64,000 nt of DNA from Candidatus Latescibacterota bacterium (GTDB taxonomy: Bacteria > Latescibacterota > CBDEFO01). The stretch covers positions 928,001 to 992,000 of the forward strand of contig OZ252149.1 in assembly GCA_965248755.1 (NCBI GenBank), in the 5' to 3' direction. Shown piece after piece: positions 22,839-33,542 of this stretch. The stretch's first letter is position 1. Every line of letters starts with the position of its first letter. The notes below the pieces were generated by a model. The model made no database searches and was not told the origin of the DNA. It saw only the letters and a program-made list of their open reading frames with translations. The position numbers and the translations under genes are program-made.

Positions 22839-22985
22839 AGTTGCATCTATCCTAAAATGAGACTGCTTGGCAGATCCTTCACGTTGCTCTGGGCTTCGGC
22901 TCGCAGTGACGGTTCAGGGAGGAAACGGTCTCGCGTCTACCCTCCGATTGAATCTTTCGAGGAACGGAGGCTACTGCCTATTTGT

Positions 22986-23972
22986 TTAAGTCACTACGTT
23001 CTGCGGTTGTCCCTCCAAAAATGCGATGACGTTGTCCACCGCTCCAGCGTTCAAAAGGTCTACTCCCTCCGGGGTCTGATCGGCATTGTGGGGGGTGAGC
23101 ACCACCTGCTGGCACGATAGAAACGGATGGTCAGGTGGAAGCGGTTCCTCGTCGTAAGCGTCTATGGCCGCGCCGCCGAGATGACCTGAGTTCAGAGCCT
23201 CTATCAGGGCCTGAGTGTCCACCAGGCCTGCGCGCGAGCAGTTGACCAAGAGCGCCCCTGGCTTCATCAATTTTATCTGTATCTTCCCTATTATCCCACG
23301 GCTCTCTTCGGTCAGCTTGATGTGGAGGCTGACCACATCGGACGACTTCAAAAGCTCGTGCAACTCCACGAACCGGACTCCCAACTCCTTTTCCCTTTGA
23401 TGTGTCGGATGAAATGTCCAGGCGATGACTTTCATACCGAGGGCGCGTCCGAGCTTCAGTACCTCTTTCCCGATGTTTCCTGTACCGATTACGCCGAGCG
23501 TCTTGCCTCTAAGCAGTATATTGTCCATCCGAGTCCAGCTTCCGGCCTTCAGCTCGGAGGTCTGGAACGCTGTGCGCTTTGCCGCAGCAAACATAAGACC
23601 TATTGCGTGCTCGGCGACAATGTAAGAGGTGGCACCGGGGAGGTTGCTCACAACGATCCGCAGCTCCTTTGCGGCATTGAGGTCTATCATGTCGGTGCCG
23701 ATGGAACAGATCGCGATCATACGGAGCTTGGGCAACTTGAAAAGGGCATCAGCGGGCCAGTTGACAGCACCTCGACTGTTTATCATAATGTCGGCGTCTC
23801 TTGCGCGGGCGATCTTTTCGGATAGCGCTAAAGGTCGGTCAGTGTAGAGCGTGACATCACCGTAGAGTTTGAGCCGCTCCAGATGGGACGATCCTTGAAT
23901 CTGCGGCGGGTCGTCGGCTGGAACGACGATCTTTGGCCGGTGCGAAGGATTCATCGTAACGTTCCGTTTCAC
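22986..23972 (-). CDS. D-2-hydroxyacid dehydrogenase family
   Basis: GVIGTGNIG, NCSRAG, D.YDEEPLP, LTPH. Confidence 0.92.
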   Translation of the reverse strand: MKRNVTMNPSHRPKIVVPADDPPQIQGSSHLERLKLYGDVTLYTDRPLALSEKIARARDADIMINSRGAVNWPADALFKLPKLRMIAICSIGTDMIDLNAAKELRIVVSNLPGATSYIVAEHAIGLMFAAAKRTAFQTSELKAGSWTRMDNILLRGKTLGVIGTGNIGKEVLKLGRALGMKVIAWTFHPTHQREKELGVRFVELHELLKSSDVVSLHIKLTEESRGIIGKIQIKLMKPGALLVNCSRAGLVDTQALIEALNSGHLGGAAIDAYDEEPLPPDHPFLSCQQVVLTPHNADQTPEGVDLLNAGAVDNVIAFLEGQPQNVVT

Positions 23973-24091
23973 CCTCTAAAAATAGTTTGCATTAGTAGAA
24001 TGTTCGGTTCTGACGCTAAATATACGCAAAAGGTATTGCAAGTCAAGTACTTTTGCCTCTGCCAACATTTGGGCGGACTTATCGAATTCAG

Positions 24092-24120
24092 TTGACATTA
24101 TTTATATAAGATTTTACATT
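24092..24120 (+). promoter_or_regulatory. sigma70-type promoter
   Basis: TTGACA-17nt-TACATT upstream of K+ channel gene. Confidence 0.5.
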
Positions 24121-24173
24121 ATAGCTTGAAAAAAGTCCTAATCGAAACATGACTCAGTCGAAAGTGAAGATCT

Positions 24174-25178
24174 ATGTCACCTATGAACAAGCTCTTAATC
24201 TCTATGGGAATTTTGATCTTCCTTGTGGCGGGTGGGAGCTTGGGATATATGTTAATAGAGGACTGGAGTCTTCACGACTCGCTCTATATGACCATCATAA
24301 CAATGGCTACTGTGGGCTTTAGGGAGGTGAAAGGACTATCCGCGTTAGGGCAGTCATTTACTATGGTGCTTATAGTACTGGGAGTCGGATGGGTTGCCTA
24401 TTCTCTTGGGAATCTTACAGCCTTTGTGGTGGAAGGTCAGATAACAGACATAATGAAGGGGAGAAAGATGCAGAAGGAAATCGAGAAACTGGAGGGGCAC
24501 TACATACTTTGCGGGTGTGGAAGGGTCGGAAGACACGTGGCATCCGAGTTCGTACGGACGGGTGTAGATTTTGTAGCGATAGACCGGAATCCGTCTGAGG
24601 ATCTCACGATAGATGGTCGCAGCATACTGATGGTCGGGGGAGATGCTACAGACGATGAGGTATTGAAAAGGGCGGGAATCGAAACGGCAAAGGGGCTTGT
24701 TACAGCTCTGTCTGCAGACGCGGACAATGTGTTTGTAACCTTATCGGCGCGGGGGATGAACCCGGAGCTTACAATCGTGGCGAGGGCATCTGACGACACA
24801 GTGGAGGAGAAGCTGATCAGGGCGGGGGCGGATAGAGTGATAAGTCCGCCGAGAATAGGGGGACTGAGGATGGCCTCTGTACTCCTGCATCCAGAGCTAG
24901 TGAATTTTTTGGATGTCATGGTCCATGGCGACGACGTTTCTTTAAGACTTGAGGAGGTCTTTGTAAAGCCGGGCTCGAGTCTGGCAGACAAATCCCTGCT
25001 GGACGAGATCTTTGTAAAACCGGAACTGAAGGGGTGCATCGTCATCGGACTTAAGGATAGAGATGGAAAGGTCTCCATCAATCCGCCGGGGCATACCAAG
25101 TTGAAGGAAGGGGATATGCTCATCGTTCTGGGAAGGCAAGAGCAGATAGATAAGTTGAAAGAAATGATTCGAGCATGA
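24174..25178 (+). CDS. Two-TM potassium channel with RCK (TrkA-N/TrkA-C) domains
   Basis: TMATVGF filter, CGCGRVG, GDATDD, TrkA-C tail. Confidence 0.92.
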   Translation: MSPMNKLLISMGILIFLVAGGSLGYMLIEDWSLHDSLYMTIITMATVGFREVKGLSALGQSFTMVLIVLGVGWVAYSLGNLTAFVVEGQITDIMKGRKMQKEIEKLEGHYILCGCGRVGRHVASEFVRTGVDFVAIDRNPSEDLTIDGRSILMVGGDATDDEVLKRAGIETAKGLVTALSADADNVFVTLSARGMNPELTIVARASDDTVEEKLIRAGADRVISPPRIGGLRMASVLLHPELVNFLDVMVHGDDVSLRLEEVFVKPGSSLADKSLLDEIFVKPELKGCIVIGLKDRDGKVSINPPGHTKLKEGDMLIVLGRQEQIDKLKEMIRA

Positions 25179-26228
25179 TCAGTCGGTCCCCCGGTATCTT
25201 CCCATTATTTCGGTAAGCTGAACTTGGGGTATCGCCTCTATCGTCCGTCCGTCCTTGCCTTCTGCACTTTTTGATGTGGTAAGTGAGTTCAATCCGGACT
25301 CTTGAGCAGCTTCTATGGCAGCGTCGAAGAGAGGATAGAGGTCTTCCTGGGGAACAGATCTGATTCTGTAGGTCTTTTGATCCTCGAAGGGAGCGTCTAT
25401 GGAATTTGAAGTGGAAAAAGAAACTATCAATCCCTGGTCTATATAGGCGTCTATGAACCCCGCTTTGATCAAACCTGCTCCGGTCATCTCCGAAAGGTGG
25501 TCCAACTGCTTTGGGGTCAGAGGCGCGTCTGTGGCGGTAATTGCAACTATCGATCTTGTGATTATGCCTTCTGGCTGAGGCACAGAGAGATGTCTTCCAA
25601 CCGGAACTCCGTCCACAGTCAGGCTCCTCCTGATTCCTCCGTTGGACGCTACAAGGACGCCCACGGTGTAGCCAAGGACCCTTCTGGACGATTGCCCGAT
25701 TCCTCCTTTTAGTCCGAAGGCACAGAGTCCTCTACCGATTCCCACGTTTCCCTCTTCCACCTTTTCCCCCTGCGCTTTCTGGAAGCATTCAAAGAGGATG
25801 TCCTCCTTTATCTCTCTTTCCTTTTCAGGGTCGTTCAGGTAGGAATCGTCCAGGCCTATCACGACGGGGGGCCATCCGGCGTCTATGGGCAGACCGCTCT
25901 CTCTTTTGTGTCCGTAGGTTATGCAGGCGTTGTAGACGACGCCTACGCTGGCAGAACTCGTCAATACTATGGGAGATGAAAACGTCCCGAAATCCTCGGC
26001 TACGCTCAAGCCTGTCATTCCATCCCAGTCTTTGACGCCGTATCTCCCGATGAAGAGTTTTCTCCTCTTATCTTGTCTAGGAGGCACTACGGCAGTTATT
26101 CCAGTCCTTAATCCGTCATGACCTATGTCAACGTGCCCTACTTTCGTGCCCTCAACGTCACAGATACAGTTGAGTTTTCCCGTCGGCAGGTCGCCTATCT
26201 TTATGCCGATGTTCCTTATCCTTGTCAT
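25179..26228 (-). CDS. DmpA/P1 (S58) peptidase-like protein, catalytic motif divergent
   Basis: G.LN.ICDVEG..VGH, VEEGNVG.G.G, KGGIG.SSR, ATDAPL...QL, FST.N. Confidence 0.82.
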   Translation of the reverse strand: MTRIRNIGIKIGDLPTGKLNCICDVEGTKVGHVDIGHDGLRTGITAVVPPRQDKRRKLFIGRYGVKDWDGMTGLSVAEDFGTFSSPIVLTSSASVGVVYNACITYGHKRESGLPIDAGWPPVVIGLDDSYLNDPEKEREIKEDILFECFQKAQGEKVEEGNVGIGRGLCAFGLKGGIGQSSRRVLGYTVGVLVASNGGIRRSLTVDGVPVGRHLSVPQPEGIITRSIVAITATDAPLTPKQLDHLSEMTGAGLIKAGFIDAYIDQGLIVSFSTSNSIDAPFEDQKTYRIRSVPQEDLYPLFDAAIEAAQESGLNSLTTSKSAEGKDGRTIEAIPQVQLTEIMGRYRGTD

Positions 26229-26282
26229 CGCGTCATCCGTAAAATGGAAATTCTCCGAAGTCTTATTTGTGCGATACCTCTA

Positions 26283-27608
26283 TTACTGGTTTCTTAACCG
26301 AATTGCTCTTGCACGTTCTTCAAACCTTTCCGCTTCATCTTCCTTTCCAATCTTTTCGTAAAGGTCTGCCATGTTCTCGAGGGTAGCCGCCACATTGGGA
26401 TGGTGCTTGCCAAGGGCTTTTTCTACTATTTCCAGTGCTCGCCTATAAAGGGGCTCAGCCTCGGCATACTTGCCTTGGGAGCCATACAGTACCGCTAGAT
26501 TATTCAGGGAAGTCGCTACATAGGGATGGTTTTCTCCAAGAACCTTTCCCCATATTTCCAGTGCTCTCTTGAAAAGGGGCTCAGCTTCTACATAGTTGCC
26601 CTGAGCTCTGTAAAGTTCCGCCAGATTATTCAGGGAGGCCGCTACATCAGGATGATCTTTCCCAAGAACTTGATCTACTATTTCCAGTGACCGCTGATAA
26701 AGGGGCTCAGCTTCTAGATAGTTGCCCTGAGCTCTGTAAAGTTCCGCCAGATTATTCAGGGAGGCCGCTACATCAGGATGATCTTTCCCAAGAACTTCTT
26801 CCCTTATTTCCAGTGCTCTCTTGAAAAGCGGCTCAGCCTCGACATACTTGCCCTGTGAATAATAAAGTCCTGCCAGGTCGTTAAGGGAGGTCGCCACAGA
26901 AGGATGGTCTATTCCAAGAACTTCTTCCCTTATTCCCAGTGCTCTCTTGTAAAGAGGCTCAGCCTCGACATAGTTGCCCTGGGAATAATATAGTTGCGCC
27001 AGATTATTCATGGACGCCGCCACATTGGGATGGTCTTTTCCAAGGGCTTCTTCCAATATTTCCAGTACTCTCTTGTAGAGCAGCTCAGCTTCGATATACT
27101 TGCCCTGGGAATAGTAGAGTTTCGCCAGATTGTTTAGGGAAATGCCCACATTGGGATGGTCTTTTCCAAGGGATTTCTCCCTTATTCCCAGTGCTCTCTT
27201 GTAAAGAGGCTCAGCCTGATCATACTTGCCCTGACTCTTATAAAGTAACGCCAGATTGTTCAGGGAGGTCGCCACACCGGGATGGTCTGGACCAAGAGCC
27301 TTTTCTTTTATTTCCAGTGCTTGCCTGTACAGGGGCTCAGCCTCGATGTACTTGCCCTGAGCTCTGTAAAGTTCCGCCAGATTGTTCAGGGAGGTCGCCA
27401 CAGCAGGATGGTCTGGACCGAAACTTTCCTCAGCTATTTTCAAAGTCTCTTTTGCAAACTTAACTGCTTCCTCATACCGACCTTGTTGGTAGAGTCTTCC
27501 TGACTTTTCCATCAGTGTTTCCCATTCAGATGCTTCTGGGGAAGAGCAGTTTGCGGCAAAGAACAAGCATAGGGATGCAATCACGAAAACATTTGAAAAT
27601 ACTCTCAT
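26283..27608 (-). CDS. Exported kinesin-light-chain-type TPR protein (about nine 42-aa repeats)
   Basis: Repeated HPxVATSLNNLA.LY..QG.Y.EAEPLY.RAL.I; hydrophobic N-terminus with Cys. Confidence 0.92.
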   Translation of the reverse strand: MRVFSNVFVIASLCLFFAANCSSPEASEWETLMEKSGRLYQQGRYEEAVKFAKETLKIAEESFGPDHPAVATSLNNLAELYRAQGKYIEAEPLYRQALEIKEKALGPDHPGVATSLNNLALLYKSQGKYDQAEPLYKRALGIREKSLGKDHPNVGISLNNLAKLYYSQGKYIEAELLYKRVLEILEEALGKDHPNVAASMNNLAQLYYSQGNYVEAEPLYKRALGIREEVLGIDHPSVATSLNDLAGLYYSQGKYVEAEPLFKRALEIREEVLGKDHPDVAASLNNLAELYRAQGNYLEAEPLYQRSLEIVDQVLGKDHPDVAASLNNLAELYRAQGNYVEAEPLFKRALEIWGKVLGENHPYVATSLNNLAVLYGSQGKYAEAEPLYRRALEIVEKALGKHHPNVAATLENMADLYEKIGKEDEAERFEERARAIRLRNQ

Positions 27609-27667
27609 ATCTGGTGCTCCTTTCGGCTCAGCTGATATACTAAGCCCACAACTGTAACCTTATTTCA

Positions 27668-27801
27668 GGGCAGACACACGGGTCTGCCCGTACAACAGAT
27701 GAAAGTAGCGGATTTCCCCACGTGTTCGCCATTTCTCATTGTGTTCTCTCTAACTGTCATTGCTACCGGCCCCGAGTGAATCTATCGGGGGGAAGCAATC
27801 T
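27668..27801. repeat. GTAG-REP plus GTCATTGC-family repeat carrying a nested 21-bp palindrome
   Basis: gggcagacacacgggtctgccc; gtcattgc..ccccgagtgaatctatcgggg..gaagcaatctc. Confidence 0.75.
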
Positions 27802-27844
27802 CGTATTTCGCAAACGAGAATTTTGAGGCAAAAGGAGTTTCAGC

Positions 27845-27873
27845 TTGACATTACTCTTCTATATTGCTAAGTT
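27845..27873 (+). promoter_or_regulatory. sigma70-type promoter
   Basis: TTGACA-17nt-TAAGTT upstream of MFS gene. Confidence 0.5.
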
Positions 27874-27947
27874 TAATGTCGCCTTTTAGTATAACCAATT
27901 ATATTCTCAACATCAACATTTTTTGTCTATTCGAAGAATAGGTAGCC

Positions 27948-29144
27948 TTGAATTCAGACCAGATCAGACGAAACTTTATCTTGCTTGCTATTTCGGTATT
28001 TGCGCTCTCGTTTACGTTAACCGGGATACACGTCCCTATATACAACAACTACGCGGTAGACCGCATCGGGATCGAGGCGGATCAACTGGGTATAGTCGAA
28101 GCGATAAGAGAGGTTCCGGGTCTGCTTGCCGCCTTTTTAGCCGGTCTGATAATCAGCTTTGCAGAACCCCTGATGGCAGGTATATTCCTTATGATCTACG
28201 GATTCGGTCTCTCTTCGTATGCCTACATATATTCCGTAGAGTCACTTATCATCTTTTCCTTCATCTGGAGCATAGGCTTCCATCTGTGGATGCCTCTCAG
28301 CGACAGCATGGCGCTGAGCCTGACGGAGGAGAGGGAACGTGGAAAGAAGTTAGGACAGCTAAGGAGTGTGGCGGGCCTGGCTACGCTTGCAGGGATTGTG
28401 CTGACATATATAATCAATCTGTTTGGATACGGCTACACAGAGATGTACTGGACTGCGGGAATCGTGGGAGTGGCGGGGGCATTTGCCCTCTTTGCTATGT
28501 CCAAAGACACGGGCAATCCGACAACGGTCCGCCTCGTCTTCAAAAGAAAATACAGTCTATTCTATTTCTTGACGTTCCTTTCAGGATATCGCAGACAGAT
28601 ATTTATGACATTTGCGTTATTCGCTTTGGTTAAGATCTACAACGTCCAGCTGTCCAATATATTGATCCTGTCTCTTATAAACAGCGGCCTGAACGTTCTG
28701 CTCGCACCGCAAGCAGGAAAGCTTGTGGATAAGATGGGCGAAAGGGTCGCTTTGAGCATCAGCTACGGAGGTCTTATACTCGTCTTTTCGGGCTATGCGC
28801 TTATTCACAACGTATACTTGCTCTTTTTACTATACATCACTGACAATCTCCTTTTCCTTTTTAGCATGGCTATTACTACATACATAGGCAGAACGGCGTC
28901 ATCAGAAGATATAAAGCCGACTTTGGCTATGGGCGTCACTATGAACCACATAGCAGCGGTCATAATGCCACTTGTGGGAGGATTCATCTGGATTTCCCTG
29001 GGCTATGAAGTTGTGTTCTTCCTTGGAGCAGGCGTCGCAGTTATGTCCTTTATAGCCTCTCAGAAGATCAAGCCCAAGGATGCCCTCGCACTGTCCCCAG
29101 TTGCTCCTTCAGATGCTGAATATACCAAATTTCCTGAAGGTTAA
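27948..29144 (+). CDS. MFS transporter
   Basis: About 12 TM segments, REVPG, GKLVDKMGER loop motif. Confidence 0.9.
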   Translation: MNSDQIRRNFILLAISVFALSFTLTGIHVPIYNNYAVDRIGIEADQLGIVEAIREVPGLLAAFLAGLIISFAEPLMAGIFLMIYGFGLSSYAYIYSVESLIIFSFIWSIGFHLWMPLSDSMALSLTEERERGKKLGQLRSVAGLATLAGIVLTYIINLFGYGYTEMYWTAGIVGVAGAFALFAMSKDTGNPTTVRLVFKRKYSLFYFLTFLSGYRRQIFMTFALFALVKIYNVQLSNILILSLINSGLNVLLAPQAGKLVDKMGERVALSISYGGLILVFSGYALIHNVYLLFLLYITDNLLFLFSMAITTYIGRTASSEDIKPTLAMGVTMNHIAAVIMPLVGGFIWISLGYEVVFFLGAGVAVMSFIASQKIKPKDALALSPVAPSDAEYTKFPEG

Positions 29145-29232
29145 AATCCTTTCCCCGCATCGGAAGTCTATATGTATAGTTTTCCCTGACTTCTCACAAT
29201 GAGAGGCTAGACCATATTAATCGGAGCGCGCC

Positions 29233-29814
29233 ATGCAGATTTCAGATCAACTACGAGAGTCGGTTATTCGTTCGTTGCCTGAGCTGAGCCAGATCGGCGA
29301 CGAGTCACTGCGCAACAAGGTCATTGATGCGTGGGCGTACAGCCTGGGTCACAGTTCGTTCACCTCAATTGACCAGATCCGCCCCTCAGGCAACCCTGAC
29401 ACGGCTCGCCTCAAGTCGGGCACGCAAACGGACCACATTCGCGGCGTGACGCAGCTAGCGATCGCGTTGGCCGACTCGCTTCATAGCCAGTTTCCCGACT
29501 TGCCCATAGATCGCGACATGCTGATCGCCTGCGCCCTGTGTCACGATGTGGGAAAGCCCTTCGAGTTTGACCCAGAGAACCAGCAGCGCTGGAAACAGAA
29601 TCCCGACACCTCTGGTTTCCCTGCAATTAGGCATACGCAGTACGGCACTCACGTTTGCCTCACAGTGGGCCTGCCCGAAGAAGTATGCCACGCAGCCGGC
29701 TGCCACTCCGGGGAAGGCGAATTGGTCAAGCGATCTTTGCACGTGACCATCGTGCACCACGCTGACTATGCCTTCTGGGCAGCGCTGGAAGTTGGCGGTC
29801 AACTGGAGGATTGA
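29233..29814 (+). CDS. HD-domain protein
   Basis: H..GV, ALCHDVGK, RH, HS, HHAD. Confidence 0.85.
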   Translation: MQISDQLRESVIRSLPELSQIGDESLRNKVIDAWAYSLGHSSFTSIDQIRPSGNPDTARLKSGTQTDHIRGVTQLAIALADSLHSQFPDLPIDRDMLIACALCHDVGKPFEFDPENQQRWKQNPDTSGFPAIRHTQYGTHVCLTVGLPEEVCHAAGCHSGEGELVKRSLHVTIVHHADYAFWAALEVGGQLED

Positions 29815-29856
29815 AAGCATAACATGGCCACATTGCTCAAGTAGCTGAAAGGATCT

Positions 29857-31425
29857 ATGGAATTGCCTCCTCGTAGCTGTGACACACGCCACACCCCATC
29901 CGGTGTGAGTCTGTTCAGGCGCCTGAGAGTCGCTCTAGGCCTGCTAATTGGCCTGCGAAAACCTGACTTCCAGGCGGCCGGCACGTACGTGAAGAAGCGC
30001 TACGGCGACCAGCCCTTCGTCTTGCGATGGTGCCGCTTCCTAGCATGGTGCCTGTATCAGATGTTCGTCGCCATCCCCGGAGGCATGCAGCACCTGACGA
30101 TCGACAGAAAGGTTTCTTCCACGCCCATGTGGCTGCTGGATGTCAACCCGCTGGAAAACCATCCGTGGCAGAAGGAACCGGCGACAACCTTACCTGATGA
30201 GGCTGATACTGTAGTTATCGGCGCGGGCTTCACGGGAGCCGCACTGGCGTACCACTGGTCGAAGAAGGCGCCGCCACATCGGCTCATGGTCGTGCTGGAG
30301 ATGGACGATCCGGCCAGCGGCAGTTCCGGCCGCAACGAAGGGCTGGTCGTCATGGGCAGGTACTTTAAGATGGTTCGGGACACGGTTCTCCAGAACCTGG
30401 GTCATGTCCGCCGGGATCTGACTGATACCGAGCGCGACCAACTGTCCAGACAGTTCGCCTCTGCTTACTGCCGCGCAGCGTACAACAACGCTGACCTAAT
30501 CGAAAAGACCATAGAGGCCGAGGGCTTTGACTGCAATTATGTGCGCGCTGGATGGGTGCAGTCCAGAGACGGCCATGAGCAGGAATCACTGCAAGAGTCA
30601 GTGAAAATGGCGCTGGCTACCGGCTTTACCGACTGGACTGACATCACGCCCGAAGAGGCCCTTGACAAGTCGGGCATGCAGCTTGAGCACAACGCCGGTT
30701 TTTCACTGGCAGCCGCATCGTGGCATCCTGCCAAGTGGGTCTGGTCCCTGCTCCAATCCGCTCTGAGCACGACATCTGTCCAACTGTTCACGCGCACAAG
30801 AGTAACCTCTGTGGAAGACCAGGGCGAACATTACGTAGTCCACACACAGCGCGGGCCGATCCGGGCGAGCCACGTAGTTTATGCCACCGAGTCCTACACA
30901 CCCGGATTACTGCAGCAATTCCACGACGCGATCCTCCCGTTGCAGGAACAGGCCGCCAGCGGTAACGGTGGGCCGGAGACGATGAAGCCACACGTCGGCA
31001 TCAGCGGTGCCTGGTTCTTCGCCGGCCGCTACGGAAAGAGGGTCTTATTCGGCTCTGGAGGGCCCCGCTTGCCCGATCACGAGGCTGGACGCAACAGGCC
31101 CTCGCGCTTCCTCACCAAGTTTCTGGCAGGCCAGATGAAGCGATATTACGGACCATACCAACTGCACATGACCCACGAGTGGAGCGGCACCGTTGGTTAC
31201 ACACCCGATGAGTATCCGGTCGTCGGCATAATTGACGGTAAAGGTCGGTACATCATTGGAGGCATGTGCGGCTCTGGCAGTAGCGTGTCGTTCAACAGCG
31301 GGCGCTGCATAGTGAACCGCATCCTGGGGATCACCGACGAGCCGGACGACTATCCCAAACCTTATTTTGCACCGAGCCGTTTACTTGATCCCGAGAATCA
31401 TCCCTGGCCCCAGATTGAGAAGTAG
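29857..31425 (+). CDS. FAD-dependent oxidoreductase (DAO/PuuB-like)
   Basis: VIGAGFTG, ASGSSGRNEG, WSGT.GYTPD..P.VG; start uncertain. Confidence 0.88.
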   Translation: MELPPRSCDTRHTPSGVSLFRRLRVALGLLIGLRKPDFQAAGTYVKKRYGDQPFVLRWCRFLAWCLYQMFVAIPGGMQHLTIDRKVSSTPMWLLDVNPLENHPWQKEPATTLPDEADTVVIGAGFTGAALAYHWSKKAPPHRLMVVLEMDDPASGSSGRNEGLVVMGRYFKMVRDTVLQNLGHVRRDLTDTERDQLSRQFASAYCRAAYNNADLIEKTIEAEGFDCNYVRAGWVQSRDGHEQESLQESVKMALATGFTDWTDITPEEALDKSGMQLEHNAGFSLAAASWHPAKWVWSLLQSALSTTSVQLFTRTRVTSVEDQGEHYVVHTQRGPIRASHVVYATESYTPGLLQQFHDAILPLQEQAASGNGGPETMKPHVGISGAWFFAGRYGKRVLFGSGGPRLPDHEAGRNRPSRFLTKFLAGQMKRYYGPYQLHMTHEWSGTVGYTPDEYPVVGIIDGKGRYIIGGMCGSGSSVSFNSGRCIVNRILGITDEPDDYPKPYFAPSRLLDPENHPWPQIEK

Positions 31426-31702
31426 TGAAAAGATCAGGAGATTCCAGATCCGCATAGCACCCAAGCTTACCCTGCGTGGAGACGTTAAATACGCTGGACG
31501 ATCGTCTCAAGGACGAGCACTGAGAGCAGCTGTACGGTACCCTGTACGGAATGCGTTCGGGACAGAAATCCAGCCAGACACCTGTGGAAGCAGCGATCAA
31601 AGCCCGCCGATTCATCGACATTTTGGAAGGAAGATGGGTAGGAGACTAACCTATATAGACATATCTGGAAGATGGTCATGGTTACCGGGGCGAACAAGGA
31701 CG

Positions 31703-33055
31703 TTACGTGGAGTGCGACAGTTCGTCTTCCAACTGGCCCAGTCCCTCGTCCAGGATGCTGATCGCTTCGTCAATCTGTCTACGAGTGATGATAAGCGGGG
31801 GATAGAGACGCACGTCGTCACCGTTTATCCAGTCCGCGCCGCCGCCGGTGGCCCCCACAGATAACCCCTTGTCCAGGAGAATCTTACTTATGCGCTTGTT
31901 GACCCCCAGCCCTGCGGGAAAAGGCTCTTTGGTCGCACTATCGCGCACCAGTTCGATCCCGAGCATCAGTCCCTTGCCGCGAATTTCACCAACGCTTGGA
32001 TGTGCTTGCAATTTTTTCGCGCTTGTCAGCAGGTACTCGCCCTGCTGCGCAGCCTGCTCAAGAATCTCCTCCTCCTCTATGATGTCCAAGACCTCCAGTC
32101 CGGCTCTCGTAGCTACGGGGTTATTAACATAGGTGAAAACGTGGGCGAAGGGTTCGCCGCTCTCGGCAAAGCTGTCGCGAATTTCTTCCTGAAGGATCAC
32201 GCCGCCCAGAGGACAATAGCCGCCGCTGACCCCCTTGCCAAAGACAATCATATCCGGCACAATACCCCAGTGCTCGATGGCAAAATACCTGCCTGTTCGG
32301 CCAAAGCCGGTGACTATTTCATCCGCAATAAAGAGTATTTCGTATTTGTCGCATATTTCGCGGATCAGTGGATAGTAATCAGGCGGCGGGACGCCAATGG
32401 CGATCCCCGCATTCACCACCGGTTCAGCGATGAAGGCAGCGACATTTTCCGGTCCAGCCTGCAAGATTGCCTCTTCCAGTTGGTGGGCACAGGTCAGGTT
32501 ACATTTCCCCATGCAGCCTGCAAAGGTGCAGCGGTAGGGATAGCAGGGCGCTATATGCGGAAAATCGCACAGCAATGGGGCAAAGGGGGAGCGCAATGAC
32601 GGCAGGCCCGTGGCCCCCAGCGCACCCAGCGTAGCACCGTGGTAGCCACGCCAGCGAGCAATGATTTGGTACTTCTGCTTATTGCCGCGCTGTACGTGGT
32701 ATTGGCGGGCTATCTTGATCGCTGTTTCGACGCCTTCCGAGCCGCCGGAGACGAAGTATACGTAATTGAGGTCGCCAGGGGCCAGTGCCGTAATGCGCTC
32801 AGCTAAGTCCAATGCTGGCTGGTTGGTAAAATTGCCGGAGAAGCAGTAAGCCAGAGTCTTTCCCTGCTCGGCCATCGCCTCTACGATACGTTGGCGGCCG
32901 TGTCCCAGGATGACGTTGCTCACACCGGATATACCGTCCAGGTAGCGTTTTCCGGTATTGTCGTAGAGGTAAATCCCCTCCCCACGCACTATAATGGGAT
33001 AGTTGTAAGTCAAATCGCGATGGAACAGAGAATCGGTCTGCTCTGTAGCGGACAT
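31703..33055 (-). CDS. Class III PLP aminotransferase
   Basis: SGGSEGVE, YHGAT, FIAEP, DEIVTGFGRTG, FGKGVSGG; start set at MSATEQ. Confidence 0.93.
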   Translation of the reverse strand: MSATEQTDSLFHRDLTYNYPIIVRGEGIYLYDNTGKRYLDGISGVSNVILGHGRQRIVEAMAEQGKTLAYCFSGNFTNQPALDLAERITALAPGDLNYVYFVSGGSEGVETAIKIARQYHVQRGNKQKYQIIARWRGYHGATLGALGATGLPSLRSPFAPLLCDFPHIAPCYPYRCTFAGCMGKCNLTCAHQLEEAILQAGPENVAAFIAEPVVNAGIAIGVPPPDYYPLIREICDKYEILFIADEIVTGFGRTGRYFAIEHWGIVPDMIVFGKGVSGGYCPLGGVILQEEIRDSFAESGEPFAHVFTYVNNPVATRAGLEVLDIIEEEEILEQAAQQGEYLLTSAKKLQAHPSVGEIRGKGLMLGIELVRDSATKEPFPAGLGVNKRISKILLDKGLSVGATGGGADWINGDDVRLYPPLIITRRQIDEAISILDEGLGQLEDELSHST

Positions 33056-33542
33056 TTGGCTGCCTCCCTTTCCGTTGTAGATAGGCCCATCTGCCTCATC
33101 GGCAGACAGTTGATTCACAAGCTCTCTATGCAGGCAAGTCGTGCACTCTCCCACCTGCGCTTCCTCAAGACTGTGAAGAATCAATCCCCGATTGAGTCTA
33201 TCGGGGATCCATCAAATCCTATGGCGTGAAGAAACGATGCGAACTGATCCAATCCTCACGCAATATCCCGAAATAAGCCATACTTTATTTGGGTTCATGG
33301 TTATGCCACAAACATGACCTTGAAATCCCTTCCTTTTGCATATGGGAAAAAGGCTACTCCATCAGTATCAGAAAGTGTAATCCGTCTGTGTATCCCGCAA
33401 AATATTACCCGAGCGTCCAGAAGTCAACCCAAAACTGCATAGTACTACTTTAAGAATCATCCATCTCTATAGATAGTAGATGACGTTTCTGGCTTCAAAA
33501 CTGTCTTACAGTAGAGAAAATATAACAGACTTAACCTAAATC

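Noticed and set aside
22840..22985. TPP riboswitch upstream of tenA
   Set aside because: No recognisable TPP aptamer core; the gap is filled by palindromic repeats.
24295..24325. TVGFR selectivity filter as a novel channel
   Set aside because: Common variant in prokaryotic RCK-gated K+ channel homologs.
26380..27430. CRISPR or DGR-like repeats
   Set aside because: 126-bp coding TPR units; no adenine-specific variation pattern evident and no reverse transcriptase.
31430..31700. Short ORFs between the oxidoreductase and aminotransferase
   Set aside because: No recognisable motif; the best frame has an internal stop.
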